This document shows, in pieces, positions 23,230 through 36,714 of a stretch of DNA of 64,000 nt. A model generated the notes under the pieces. That model had not been told where the DNA came from and made no database searches. It saw nothing but the letters and a program-made list of their open reading frames with translations. Source of the stretch: Isurus oxyrinchus (Eukaryota); assembly GCA_026770705.1 (NCBI GenBank), contig JANJGN010000151.1:186001-250000 (forward strand), read 5' to 3'. Positions within the stretch are counted from its first letter, which is position 1. Each line of letters opens with the position of its first letter. The position numbers and the translations under genes are program-made.

Positions 23230-24850
23230 GGTGTGGAATCCACAATCAAATACAGCTATTCTACACAAAGATCAGTCGCACGGTTTGAGTCAATAGGTGA
23301 GAACTGAAAAGGTTTCCGATCAAATCAAGATTCAAATCAGAGAGGGCTGCCCTCTCTCCTCTGCCTTCTTCATATTTTGCATAAAACTGAGCCAATCAGG
23401 AAGGATGGCCGGGACGGAGGGTGGTTGTGGAGGGGGGGGAGGGGGTGGGGGCGGACGGGGGGGTGTTGGAGGTTTAAGCGGTTTGATCTCAGGCAGTGGA
23501 GGCGGACAAGTCAACGTCTCCCTGTATATAGACAATGTCACTGTCTTATACTCGGACCCGCTGTCAGTCATGAACACCTGCGCCCAGTTTAAACTGGCCT
23601 CAGAGCTAAGGTGAATCGTGGCAAGAGCTAGTACATGATTTTTGGGCCGACAGACCCTTTGTCCTCTTCATCGTCAGGTCAGACTACCTGGAGATATGGT
23701 TGTGAGAGTCCAGACCGTGCGCCTGAGCCTGGGAAGGACGTATAGCTAAGGTGAGGCGGGAACTGGGCACGGGGGAGCGACTCTGTCTCTCCATTGAGAG
23801 TATCAACCTGCTCATCAGGTGTGAAATGCCCTCGGTGTTGCTGTACATAATGTAAGCCCTGCAACTAGATGCTGCATGGCAGCAGTCCACGAAGTCATAT
23901 TCTGCTTCATCTGGAGGTCAAAGATGGAGCGTGCCCACAGGGACAACATGTGCGAAGCTCTGGAATAGGGGTGGAGGTGGGGTGGGGCGGAGGCAAGGAA
24001 ACGTGCCTCACATCACCCCCATCCTGATGGCCGCCTTTACGTGTGCCTGAATCAAGCCATGTGTAGACCCTTAATAAGTGAACAACAAGTGTCACTAAAT
24101 GCAGTCACTACCTGTCCCCAGTGTTGCAAAGAATGAGTCTGGCCACTGTATCTCAGAACGCTCCAAGTAGTTGCTCTATGTCCATTCATCCATCCCTGGT
24201 GGGAAAGGTTTGTAAAAAAAAAACATTCACTGACCACAAATCCATGAGACAGCGGTCAGCACGTTCCATCCTATCGGCCCTGAGGTAGATGGAGATGTTG
24301 GGCCTTGTCGGATGGATCCTTGAGCAGATTGTCAAAGTCATTGGGGAAAATACCTCAGCACCAAAACTTTCAATCAAACACCAAGGCCGTGGCTGTGTGG
24401 TGGTGAGAAAGGCCCTCCCCATCAGCTCCTTCATGCACGCCCTAAATCTCTGTGCCACCGCACGCTGCCTCAAAAGCAGCTGCGGTGGTGTACAGACAGT
24501 GGAACAACTCCTTCTAGAATGTGGCTTTGCAAAGAAGGGGATGCGGTGGAGTTAGTCACCCCAACAGATCTGTCACGCAGGACTCTAAGCTCTGTGGGAA
24601 GTTTCCAGGGACGCACAGCGACAGATATCAACTACTGCTGAAGGATGTTCAACTCGGTTAAAATGGTTCCTTTTTCTGCCTGAAACTTGCTTTTCCCCTA
24701 GTGCAAAGAATTGATCACGGCTGAGCATTGCACACTGACAAATACCAAAGTCCAAGACTACGTGCTGGGAGATCCACTAAAGCTTGGGGCAGTCGCTGCA
24801 AAGGTGCAATGGGGAAAGGCCACTGCCTAGAACTATTCAGGTATAGTGCA
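23230..24850 (+). mobile_element. Degenerate L1/Tx1-clade LINE ORF2 (RT domains to CCHC knuckle)
   Basis: IREGCPLSS.FF, VSLYIDNVT, FKLAS..RVN, C...CGG..TVEQLLLEC.FA. Confidence 0.8.
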
Positions 24851-25169
24851 CCGAAGGCCGGTTAACTGTGTAAAACCCCTCGGGCTGTACACTTGTCATT
24901 GACTGTATATAGTAAATGCAGTTATAATGATGCACCTCAGAGTGCAACACGCTGCATGGACAAAAGTTAAGGATTATTGCAATTTCAGTTTGAAATGTTT
25001 TGGAAAATACTTAGTTATTTTACGGATAAAGCATATTATTTGCAAAAATAATTACGATTGGACAATAAATGCTGGCGGTGCACATCCCAAAAATGATTAT
25101 ATAATCCATGTTGATATATCCGATAGATTACTCTACTTAAACCTATGCATAACAATTCAGAAAGGATAT

Positions 25170-25615
25170 TAGGACTCGAATGGATGCAGAGCAAATTTAT
25201 TAGAATGGAACCAAAGATGCTGGACTTCAGCCATATGGAGTGACTCGAAAGGCTAAGATTATTCTGGTTTGAGCAAAGGCAGTTGAGAGCAGATTGAATA
25301 TAACTGCTCCAAATTTTGATAGAGTAGAGTAGGGAAAAATTGCTTCTATTGGAAGTAAAGTCCTCAATAATAGGAGACTGATACGACGTGATCGACAAAA
25401 AAAAAACGAGATAGAGATGAGTCGATATTTTTACATACGAGTTGTTGTATGGAATGCATTGCTGGAAATGGTGGTAGAAGCAGATTCAATAGTAACTATC
25501 GAAAAGTCAATTGAATAATTTCTTGAAGGAAGATATATATTCCAATGCAGTGGGGCAAGGTAGGTCAGTTGAAATTAATTGGATATATCTTTCAAAGAGC
25601 AGGATAGGCGCCAGT
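25170..25615 (+). mobile_element. Old CR1 3' fragment
   Basis: gcagagcaaatttattagaatg..ttggagcaaaggc..tggaatgcattg pattern. Confidence 0.65.
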
Positions 25616-25709
25616 GCTATGGCGGTTTGATCAGTTCATGGGAATTGCAGTCTTGTTGCAACCTCGTCCTGACCACAATGAAACATCCTCTGTGAAAACA
25701 GATGCAGTC

Positions 25710-25748
25710 AGTTTTTGTACGAGAGAAGGATTGGGTTGTGTCACTGTG
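25710..25748 (-). other. RSS: CACAGTG-23-ACAAAAACT
   Basis: Heptamer 25742-25748, nonamer 25710-25718. Confidence 0.95.
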
Positions 25749-26208
25749 TCGATCTGATCGGGCGAATCCACAAAGGTAGAGTGCCGTGTCGCTCAGCTGA
25801 AGAGCAGTGACTGTTAAAACAGACATTTTTGACGATTTGTTTATTACAGATCTGAAGCGATTCCCAATGTTTTCCGCTTTCCCTCCACTGCCACTGGTAC
25901 TTCTCCACACTATCATCTCCGGGCGATCATCGGGATACTTTCGGTACCAGTACAGGTCATACCAGGTTGCTGTTGTCGAATAGCTGCACTGCGTTCTGAA
26001 CGTCTGTCCGATTTTCAGGACGACTGTTGCCCAAACCTGGGACACAGAATCTTCGTGACTCAGATCTAATTGAAAGTATAGATTACAACTGAATTGTGAA
26101 TTTTCTAAGAATCAGTGAGTTTTTAATGGTTTGTACTATAACTTCCCATGTAGACTTACCAAATGCTAAGTAGGTGAGGGTAGTTAAAAGGGTGAATTTT
26201 AAATGCAT
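25749..26208 (-). CDS. TCR delta-like V segment, apparently functional (leader 26160-26208, V exon 25749-26065)
   Basis: MHLKFTLLTTLTYLAF G|gtaagt; ttag acceptor; DLSHEDSVSQ..TQCSYS..LYWYRKYP..LQLSDTALYLCGFARSD, open frame, near-consensus RSS. Confidence 0.92.
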
Positions 26209-26729
26209 GATCTCTGTGAATCCCAGCCGCAGTGCGTCTCTGCAGGTTGATCTGATTGTCCTTTGCGGGAAGCTGATCGAGTACTTGTGTTGAGCAGCTC
26301 GTATGTGCCGGGTTAAACAAACCAGGAGCATCCGATAGCCGCTCCTGAGATAAATTAGCATATGAGGGAGAGATCCAATCTGATTGGACGAAAGGACGTG
26401 ACATGTAAATTTATTCTCAGATGTTGTCGTTGCTGGTGGGTCCGCAGTTGTTATCAGTACCCAGTTGGCCCAAGAGAGGAGCGTCAGTACTACACGAAAG
26501 TCGTTTTTCTTAACATTCTGGTCATATGGCCCAGCAAGGTGCTCAGTTACATAAAGGCAAGTAAAGTTAGGCAATAAATCCAATCATGACAGCACACGCA
26601 TCTCCGGAAAATAAACCGAAACCTTCCCAACAATTTGAACACATGGCCTACATCACCTCAGACGTAACATTATATTGAATCTCCTTCCTTCACCGTCAGT
26701 GGCCTTTCATTAAAGTTAAACAGCATAAT

Positions 26730-27120
26730 TTTTGTGAGGAGGGAGGAGGTAAAGGGGCAGGTGATACACCTTCTGCGATTGCACAGGAAGGTGCCTTGGG
26801 AGATTGATGAAGTGTTAGGGGTGATGGAGGAGTGGACCAGGCTGTTGTCGAGGGAACAGCCCCCACAGAATGCCGACAGGGTTGGTGAAGGGTTGGTGTG
26901 TTTGGTGGTGGCATCGTGCTGGAGTTGGCAATCGCAGAAGGTGCAACACCTGCCCCATTACCTCGTCCTTCCTCACCGCCCACGGGCCCAAAGATTCCTT
27001 TCAGGCGAAGCAGCGCTTCATTTGCACCTCCTTCAATTTGCTCTGCTGCATTCGTTGCTCCCCATGCGGTCTCCTCTACATTGGAGAGACCAAATTCAGA
27101 CTGGGCGACCACTTTGCAAT
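26730..27120. mobile_element. Penelope GIY-YIG fragments in inverted arrangement
   Basis: FICTSFNLLCCIRC..CGLLYIGETKFRLGDHF (+), preceded by a minus-strand piece matching 11500-11650. Confidence 0.8.
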
Positions 27121-27129
27121 GAATTACAT

Positions 27130-27985
27130 AGATTCAGCACTTTCTGGCTAAAGAAGTTTCGCTTCATATCTGTTCTGAAAGGTCTTCCCTTTACTTTGAG
27201 GTTGTGCCCTCAGGTCCTAGTCTCCCCTACTAATGGAAATATCTTCCCCACATCCACTCTATCCAGGCCTTTCAGTATTCTGTAAGTTTCAATCAGATCC
27301 CCTCTCACCCTTCTAAACTCCATCAACTATAGACCCCCAGAGTCCTCAAACGTTCCTCATATGTTAAGCCTTTCATTCCTGGGATCGTTCTCGTGAACCT
27401 ACCCTGGACCCTCTCCAGTGCCAGCACATCCTTCCTGAGATACGGGGCCCAAAATCGCTCACAATATTCTAAATGTGGTCTGACCAGGGCCTTATAAAGC
27501 CTCAGCAGCACATTCCTGCTTTTATATTCTGGTCCTCTCGGAATAAATGCCAACATTGCATTTGCCTTCCTAACTACCACGTCAACCTGCAAGTTAACCT
27601 TAAGAGAATCCTAGACTAGGATTCCCAAGTCCGTTTGCACTCCAGATTTCTGAATTCTCTCCCCATTTAGAAAATAGTCCATGTCTCCATTCTTCCTACC
27701 AAAGTTCATGACCTCACATTTCCTCACATTTTATTCCATCTGCCACTTCTTTGCCCATTCTCCTAACCTGTCCAAATTCTTCTGCAGCCTCCATGCCTCC
27801 TCAATGCTACCTGTCCTTCCACCTATCTTTGCGTCATCTACAAACTTAGCCAGGACGCCCTCAGTTCCTTCATCTGTATCATTAATGTATAAAGTGAAAA
27901 GCTGTTGTCCCAACACTGACCCCTGCGGAACTTCACTAGTCACCAGCCGCCATCCTGAGAAGGACCCCCCTAATTCCCACTCAAA
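27130..27985 (-). mobile_element. CR1 LINE ORF2 fragment
   Basis: VPQGSVLG..LFTLYIND..KFVDDAK; LYKALVRPHLEYC..WAPY. Confidence 0.92.
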
Positions 27986-28598
27986 TGCTCCCCACCACAA
28001 ATACAGATAGATAAATAGATGTAGAAACAATATTCACACTCAGGCATAAACGGGTTAAAAGCGGCCAAAATGGAGTTTCGAGTTCCTGCTATGTTTGTCC
28101 TTCGTGCGGTACTATCTGTTTGGTTTAAATCTTACTATATAGGTGTCTGCCTGTCCATTTCACTCTTACTACAACAATCTTCTAATGAATAATGTCTGGG
28201 TCTGTCTAGTTGGCTGCCTTTTTGCCTCTCTGCCTTTCTCTCTCTCTCTCTCCGTCACACACAACTACGCCCCTCACTTTCTATTCTCTAGCTCTCTCTC
28301 TCCTACTCTCCCTCGATCTCCTTCCATCATTCTCTATCTATCTGTCTCTCTCACTGTTTCTCTCTCCCTCTCTCTTTCCCTGTTTTTGTCTTTCTCTCTG
28401 TTTCACCATCTGTATCTCTACATTTGTTTATCAACCTGTCTACCTATGAATGTCCAGCCGTTATTCAAGCCTTTCTCTCTCTTTCTCTTTGTCTCCCTGT
28501 GTATATACTGTTAAATAAACCGACATATTATTACGGAAACATGCCAATGATCTGTTCTTCATGCTCTTTGCACGAGTAACCAGAAATCCTTTCTGTAG

Positions 28599-28925
28599 GA
28601 TTGAGTTCTGGAGACTCCACTAAGCAGTGGCCATCAGCAACCCAATATCTGGAAAGGACCTCAACGAAAATTAATTATAACTGTTGAACCGCTGGATCAA
28701 GCTGTTATACATTGAACGTTATAGTCAGACCCACAGCAAGGCGTCAACTTTCATAATTAGAAAACACTCCTATGGAAAGGGTTGTTCTAATGGCCGATCT
28801 CTGTCAATTATTGAATCGTTCTGAAAATTAAATGATTTTATACTGACTGAGGTGCAGTTCGCTAATCGCACAGTTTACCTTTGTGTCCTATGACCCACGG
28901 GGAGAAGGCACTGGGGAATTTTCGT
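28599..28925 (+). pseudogene. Highly decayed TCR V exon
   Basis: ttctgtag acceptor; GDSTKQWP..; TEVQFANRTVYLCVL*P followed by cacgggg; CTCF-like cccagcaggtagcg at 28975. Confidence 0.5.
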
Positions 28926-29449
28926 CCAGTATCCGTGCCCTGTGAGATCAGTAAATGCGGATGCTTTAACCCCACCCAGCAGGTAGCGTACACAGATCGT
29001 GATTTTCACCCGTCTACGTTGCATCGGCTAATATCGATTTTCTGAATACAAATTAACCTAAAATCGTTTTATGCCAGATTTATAGTTTTTAATGTGATAT
29101 TTTCCGTTACACTTCCACAATTTCATAAGATAGTTAAGTTTAAGTGTGTGCATCAACCAGAAAATAGGAATCTATTGCCGTTTTGCTCTATTTGTCATCG
29201 CCAGTTTCAGTCCCAGTGTTTTTTTACACCAGTGTCAATGATGAAGATTTTAGTAAATATTGAACAACATAATCATTCTGCGTTTCCATCCGCGAGCCTT
29301 TTGACTTCGAATTTGCAATGAATATGAAGCGACGGCAGACCTTATAGGGATGCAAAGTTACAGAATTTCTGATGGGTACGTTACTATTGAATTCAGAGCA
29401 CGACAAATGGATTCTGCAATAACACTGCAATAACAAGCACTGCCTCAGC

Positions 29450-30190
29450 CTCGCCCGCAGCTTTCGCCTTCTGCTTTACATTGACTGCCTTGCTTGCTCT
29501 GTTTTTTTGAGCAGAATGCTGCCGTTACTCCCTGTTTGGCATTTGTTTGGATCAGCAGTGCACTGGGATGGAAATCTGCATTTCTGATCCGACAGAGAAT
29601 TAAATGAATGCGGGGTTACAAACTCAAACAGCAGCTCGCATGGCCATTTCCTCATCATTAAATCACTGCTGAGTACGTACTTCCTTCCTAATAAAATCAA
29701 TTATCCCCCTGACTGCCGTAGTTTAGCTATTAATTCTGCTAAAAAATAAAACTGTGACAATGGTAATGATGACGGTAATGAGCGTTGCTTTATTTTATGT
29801 TAGAAAAGAGGGAACAAAACTCAGTGGAAAAGTTAGTTCCAGAAATGATGCTTGAAAAGGAGATTAATGTCACAGTGAGCTGCATCTCGGAAACAAGTGA
29901 TTCTAACCCTTCAGTTTTCTGTTACAGTCAGCACTACCGATTCAGGTCGCAGTGGGTGTTCCAGATCATCGGAGAGACAGTCAACAAGAACCTTTAAATT
30001 GCTGATCGATTCTCCTGCATGTTCAGTAAAACTGCTAATACCAACGAGTCAACGATCATCAATGTCCTGATCTCCGACCCCGTCTTGTTTTTCTGTACCA
30101 TGAGCACGATGCAGTTTCAGGGATACAGCGGATCCCAAACAAAAAGACGTTGAATGTTCCAGTTACTGCTCAAGAGAGGCCATTCTCGCA
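29450..30190 (+). pseudogene. TCR V pseudogene, family A (V exon ~29804-30107)
   Basis: NVTVSCISETSDSNPSVFCYSQ..; NVLISDPVLFFCTMS; decayed promoter, leader, RSS and CTCF site. Confidence 0.8.
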
Positions 30191-30618
30191 GCAATAAACG
30201 GAAGCAATAATTCAGGGAGAGTCACAAAGAGGTTTTAAAAAGTGTAATGAAGTAAGGCACTCAAAAAGAACAGATGAAGTCCACTGGCAAAAATATATTC
30301 GTTTGTAATTTTAAGTTATATATGTAATAAAATACAAACTCCACAAATGCACCAATGCAGCCTGAACTCACCCTTTGTCTGATGATTTCCTTTTTGGCCC
30401 TGTGCCTTATCATTGCCTGTCTCCACTTTTACCCATAATTGTTGAACTTTCCTTTTTCCAGTATATAGTTTAACTATATAAACCATTGTTTCTGCTCGGC
30501 ATGTGAATTCAAAACTGCTCCAACCGAGCTTCCTTTGAACCAGAAATCTCATATCGGGTTATTGAATGAACATTGGATCTCTCACAGCCTCTCAGGGGCA
30601 TCTGAACACTTCATAGAA

Positions 30619-30637
30619 TGCCCACCAGGGGGCGTAA
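30619..30637 (+). promoter_or_regulatory. CTCF motif (intergenic)
   Basis: tgcCCACCAGGGGGCGtaa, near-perfect core. Confidence 0.7.
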
Positions 30638-33144
30638 TGCCACAACGTTCCTTTCATCAGGCCAGGGCAGCGGGTTAACTGCTGTATCTCCAAAATCTGA
30701 CTCATTTTGTAATAAATAGCAATTTAATAATTCAAATCAGAATACTTTAATGGTATGTGAGGGTCCATTCGACAATAGGATCACAAAGTAAGCCCACATA
30801 TTGAAGGATAGGCTTCAGATACTAAGCAATGAGTGGGACAGGTGAGTGGAAGATACGAAAAATGGAGGGAGGAATAAAGAGCCGAGGTGAGATCAGTTTT
30901 CTGAAGCAATGGACTGTGCAGTTAGAGGGGATCGATGATAAAGGGGAAAAGCTAAATCTAAAAATCTTGTGATTTGTTTATTTCTTTGCTCCATGTGCTT
31001 TTGTAATCTGAGTGAGAGTTGTAGAGATATTCAACTTCTGCTGCTATCGAGTTCATGTCAACGAGAACCCGCTCTACATCTTACCCTGGAGGCTATGAAA
31101 CCAGTCTAGAGCTATTCTCCCTCCTGCCACATTAAACCAATGAGAGGTGTGATTATATGTGCATCTTTTTATTTTTGTGTGTTTATGAATATACCCTGTG
31201 TAGGTAAGGAAAGCTGTGCCTGTGTATGTTCAGGGTTAATCAATGCAGAGGTTCCTGGAGTCAAATTCTTTGTGGAGTCTAAGGGGTGAAAGAGTAAATG
31301 TGTTATCTCTTTGCATTTGAATTGAGGTCTTGTGGTGGGTTTTAATTTACAAGTAAACAAAGTAGATTTGAAATATACATTTGGTGTTGTGTTAAAATTC
31401 ATGTGCAGCTAGTGCATTTCAAAAGAGGTTCAAAGAACATTTTCATCTTACCGGAGATTCGTGAAATGCGAAATAAAGGTAACATAGGAACATGAAAGGT
31501 TTTAATATTTGGGAAACCCAACGTTAAAGGGGTTTGTGAAGACAATGGGGAACATGAAAAAGAAAAAAAGTATTTAGGAAAGCAGCCTTTAAGCTGCAGT
31601 GAATTGCTGGGGGCGGGAGGAGGAGGGCGGCGGGGGCGGGGATGTCTCACTGGAGACCAGCTCCTTTGTTTTGCATGTGAAAGGTTTTTAATTGTAGAAA
31701 GTAGCAGCCTGAGGCCTGGAGAACATTGGTCCTGTGAAACAGTTTGTTAGAATCTGCTTTTTCAAAACCACATCAGCACGTTTTGTTTCTGGGAAGCTGT
31801 AGATTGTACTTCTATTTGCAGTCGAAGGCAATTTCTTAACTTGGGTAATATTTCATGGATATTTCAGTTAAGACACTATAAGGGCAGTTGTCAAAAAGGT
31901 AGTTCATTGTGGAACTTAGGTGAAAGTTAAATTAAAGCGTGAGCTAATTCTTTCGGTCTGTAAATTTTTTTGTTCAGTAACAACAGGTATCATTGTTCTA
32001 ATATGAAGATCCCATAAATAACTCCGAAGAATTACAGAATCAAACTTCAACCACTGGTTCCCTGATCTGTCAGGAAAAGGTCACTGGAGTCACAGTTAGC
32101 AGCATCCTGTTGGTGAAGCTGCTAAATGTAAGAGGAAGAATTAACGCTGGAATAAACCAAAATCATTAATAATCACAAGAACCAATCAATGAATTCTGTC
32201 CCCTCCCACCATTCTGCTACCCCACCCCACCCTTACACACATGATCCCAAAGTTTTTAACAACGACACCATCACGCCTATGAAAAAAGTGACTCTTAGGG
32301 AGAAACTAAACGTGCTAAAAGAGAACACTGTAAGAATTTACTGAAGAAAACTTAAAATCCTCAGGTAGACATGGCTGCTAAGCATATTAAGAGTTGACGA
32401 TTAACAGATGAATATTGCACAGACTTGAGAATCAGGCTGAAGACACAAGCAGGGCATAAAATAGATTAAGTGTACTCTCCTTTCACATAGGGAAGGGGCA
32501 GATGGTTTTAACTTAGATATGGGAAGACATACAATGGACAAAGAGGGGGCTTTGATGAAACGCAAACAGTCTTGAGCTGTGAAAACCAAGGTCTTTGTTG
32601 TACGAGTTTTAATTTTGATTGGATAACATAATTATGTATATCTCCTTTAGAATAATTGGTTAGCAAAATCACATGTTTATTTACTCAATCAGATGGGGTT
32701 ACCATGAGACCGGTGTGTCGGTTACCGATTGGATGTATTCAAATGTATTATGATAAGAAAAAGTACATAAGTAATGAAAAGTAATCAATCTGGGAACTGG
32801 GTCTTCATTCTTAGAAATGATTGCAGCTGCCTTACATATGCTTGAATAAAACCGGTTAAAAGAAGTCTGAGAGTCTCTGGTCTCTTTGTAATTGGAGAGT
32901 GTAACTTCACCTCTTCCACTTTGCGGGATCGGAGGGTGCACCCTTCTGCACTGACTATAGCCGAATTCGAGGTGTTTCCACTAACTGACAGCCAGATCAC
33001 CACTTACCGGACTCAGGACACCACCGAAGATAGAGGAAAGTGAGGTGAGAGCATTATGAGACACGGCAGCAGATCATTGAGAGTGAAGATGGAAAAGGGC
33101 GCCTTCAAATATCCAACTCCCCTTTTACAGAGCGGACAGTGGCA

Positions 33145-33649
33145 ATGTGGCGACTCAGCATCTGGGCTGCGTCAGGCAGCTGAAGCCTTGAAATATTTCA
33201 ACTGATGAACTTAGTTGAGGTCTGTAGATCTGTAGAGAAACGACTTCGTCAAACTCTGCTTCATCTAAATTACCAAGAGAATATTTCCACAGTCGAAACT
33301 CGGGCTGCGTGTCTGAGTGTTGCCGGTAACGGTATAAATTATTTCTGCTCCAAGCAGTATCATAGGTGTGGCTTAAATTCAGCGTAGCTCCTTCTGCCTT
33401 GGCATCTGAGGAGAGCGACTGAGTAATATAATCCCTGTGAATCATATTTGAAAAACAGGGCCCATCAGGAAAAAAAAATATTGACTCACGGATCTTTAAA
33501 ATTCAGATTCAATCCATACTTTGGAAATTAGAGGTAAAATAAAACTTGTTTAGTCCAGATTTACCCTTTAGTAATGATGCCTGCGGTGCATCACTGCGCT
33601 CCCTGGGACACAGAGCTGTGGAATGCAATTCCACACCTGCACAAAAAAC
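33145..33649 (+). pseudogene. Family-E V pseudogene disrupted by an internal inversion (~33169-33582)
   Basis: Leader start MWRLSIW (+); leader end, intron and V through LQLPDAA on (-); AVHHCAPW + CACAGAG..ACAAAAAAC on (+). Confidence 0.85.
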
Positions 33650-34574
33650 CTGCTTTGGACTGTGTGTCTGAGCTCCTATCTGTTGACGGGTGTGCGCAAT
33701 CGCACCAATGAAGCATTTCAAACAAGATGCGAGAGGAAACCAAATAAACCTTGAATAAGGTTGTCGCCAACAGTTTCCAGGAGCGGCCAAGAGGAACAAA
33801 CTTCAGAATCCAATCGGAGCGACGCCAAAGATAAATCTGCCAATTAAACTCTCCTTCCCGTTTCTAATCAACTATTTCTGTCACTCAAATCAGGGAGCTA
33901 TGTTGAGATAATCTCCAAGGAAGAGGGTACTGAAACCCAACCTCCATTGAACCTGAGCGACAACATATTACAGAACCTGAGACCGGGGTCACGTTAATGG
34001 GGCAATCTACCGATCGCAAAGTGAATCGCGGAGCTGGAGGGAAGTGAACAACGACAAACTGAACAGAAGGGGTTAATTAGAAGTAAAAACAGATAAACCA
34101 GAGAAAATGAAACGTATAGCTTAATTAAATTTATTCAACTGAACAATGCAACTGATTGAATGAAAAGAAGATCTGGTCAATGCCCTTGAGTGGGGTTGCC
34201 CCGGTGGATCAGCTCAGTGCACGTCTGTCCTCAATGGTTAAATCCGTTTTCTTCACCTCCTTTCTCTCTCTTTTCTTCCTATCTCTTTCTGCTGTCTCTT
34301 TCAGTAGTTTCCTGAATATATGTCCTGTTCAAGTATTATTACTGCACTTTTTCTCTCGTTCTTTTGCGCTACATATTCTGGCTTACGTCTTTACTCTTCC
34401 TTTTTCTTCGTCTATGTTTGCAGCTCTGTTTATTTCTGACTCTCTTTCAATCTTTCTCTTCTATGTTTTCTTTATTTTGGCACTCATATCTCCTACCTAC
34501 GGATCATTTTATAACGGCGCCACTCGCAATGCTGATGGTCCAAAAACAGTAAAGCGGCTCTCGCACTCGGTGCA

Positions 34575-34946
34575 GGTTTCTGTACGAGAGCCACATATGT
34601 TTTTTACACTGTGGCCCACAGCGCAGAGATAGGTGGCAGTGTCTGTAGCTTGGGCATCGCTCACAGTCAGGATACTGAGTTTGCTGCCTTCACCGATTGA
34701 AGCCGTGATCCTCCCTTATTGACCGGTTCCTCTTGTGGCCATTACCAGATACTGGGGTGGCTGATTCGGGAGCTGTCTGTACCAAAACATGAAGTTAAAC
34801 GCTGTGGTGCGAGTGCAGTTCATGGTTACGATTTCCGCTTCCCTAAAGACCACCTGCCCAGGGAGCTGCACCACCTCATCCTTACCGGCCACCTCCTTGT
34901 AGATCAGAGTGAAAAACAGCAAACAGATTATGTAAATTCTGATCAT
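34575..34946 (-). pseudogene. TCR V, family C (single-exon leader+V 34614-34946), one premature stop
   Basis: MIRIYIICLLFFTLIYKEVAG-KDEVVQLPG..MNC..FWYRQ..GQ*GRI..TDTATYLCAVG; CACAGTG-23-ACAGAAACC. Confidence 0.9.
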
Positions 34947-35730
34947 TATCAGATCACATGAAAAAGCGGCTGAAACGATTGCCCAGGGAGGTCAGGTTAG
35001 AAGCAGAAGATGGATATTATATTCAGCAGAATTAACAAGAAGCTACACACGGGCTTCAGGTCCAACTCAGAGGCGCCTTATTGTCGAACTAACATAAGAA
35101 GCTTAGTCTTGGGATTTACCCGCCCACACTCAGCGTGTCACACTGACACCAGCTCACACTGTTTGTGATCTCGCTCCGGTCCGCCCACATTCAAGTTTCT
35201 CATTGGTTCACACTGCTCTCTGATGGCATGTACCGGTAAGTACGTGAGTTCCCGCCAAGCTACAGTACACAATATAGTTAGATAGACAAATTAGAACAGC
35301 TATTCTCTCCCTCTTACAATAGGTTTCTTTTCGGGGGAGACCCTACACCTCACCTTCAACTGCAGCATCCAACGATTCGAGTGCATTGTCCTTCCGCATT
35401 CTGACTGAAGCTTTATTCCAGATTGTGATCATTCTCAGTGTGACAACAGGAAGATTTGCCCAACAGTCTCCTTTCATATTGTGAACCCGTGTGCTTCCCC
35501 ACTTGAATGCAGCGCAAACTTTTTTTTTCAAATATTAACAACATGCCAACAATAATAGCAACATTGACAGCTCATTATAATGAATTACGTTAAACAATAT
35601 AAAACATGCTATGAATATTAAAATATTTTTTGTTTCCACATGTGTTCCTTCAATGACATTTTCTTCAATAAAGTTACCGAATATTGTTCTCAGTCTGGAA
35701 TTCTCCCCAACACTGATCACAACAGTCTCC

Positions 35731-35763
35731 CACTGCCCACTGGTGGCGGTGATTGGAACTACA
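35731..35763 (-). promoter_or_regulatory. CTCF motif with upstream module
   Basis: Minus strand gtagttcc-aatca-ccGCCACCAGTGGGCAGtg. Confidence 0.6.
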
Positions 35764-36714
35764 AGGTGCAGCTTTCCAGCACTTGTTAACCTTCCGGATT
35801 CAAGATTGCATTTAACAATTTTTCTACAGCACTTTGTTCTTCTTTCTATGTTTTCTCTTTGCATTTTGGATGGAAACTCGAAGGGATGAATCTGCTTTCC
35901 TTAAGTACACCTCCGCCAGAGCTACATTTAGTTTCTTTACTTGCCCCATTACATTTTTCCCTTGGGCCACTTCGCCTGTAACTTTTAACCTATCCTGCCA
36001 GCCACCGTTTCACTGATCTACCATTTTCTTCTTTATGTAATGCCACCTATGCCTGCTTCCGTAATTATTTACAATCTGTTACATCTACAGTTTTTTCCAG
36101 TTATGATGAATATCATCGACTAAAATCTGTTTCTGACTCTCCAAAGCTGCAAACCTGCTGAACTTCTCCAGAGTTTTATAGTTTTACTTCAGACACTATG
36201 CAGTTCCTGCCGTGCACCAGTTCATTCGATCATTCGGTATGTTGGAGACCATGCGGCCAATTTAACATCAATCATTCGCAGATGTTCTGAACCTTCCCCC
36301 ACGATGCCCCAAATATTTCCTTGAACTCTGTAGAAGTCTCGACTTCTTCCATTCTAGCTGGGAATTTTTTTCACAAATTCACATTTGAACTCCTGCCCCC
36401 ACCCCCAATTCGACTCAACAATTCAGTTTACAGTAAACTTGTGGGATATGTTTTCAAAACATGAACATTCTGATACTGATCTAAGTGTTGTTGCAGTCAG
36501 GCACTCGGATAGGACGTTGAATGAAAAAATGACATGTCCTTCAGCAGCGGGGCAGGAGGGCTGGAAACTGTCTCCTTGGGATAGTTTATTTCACAGAAAG
36601 AAGGGGGGATCACTGAGACAACAAGTGCAGACAGCACAATTTCTCGCAGGCGGACACTACGTAGGATAACACCACCTATTAAAGGCCCTCCCAGAACTTT
36701 CAGTTTGCTGCTAT

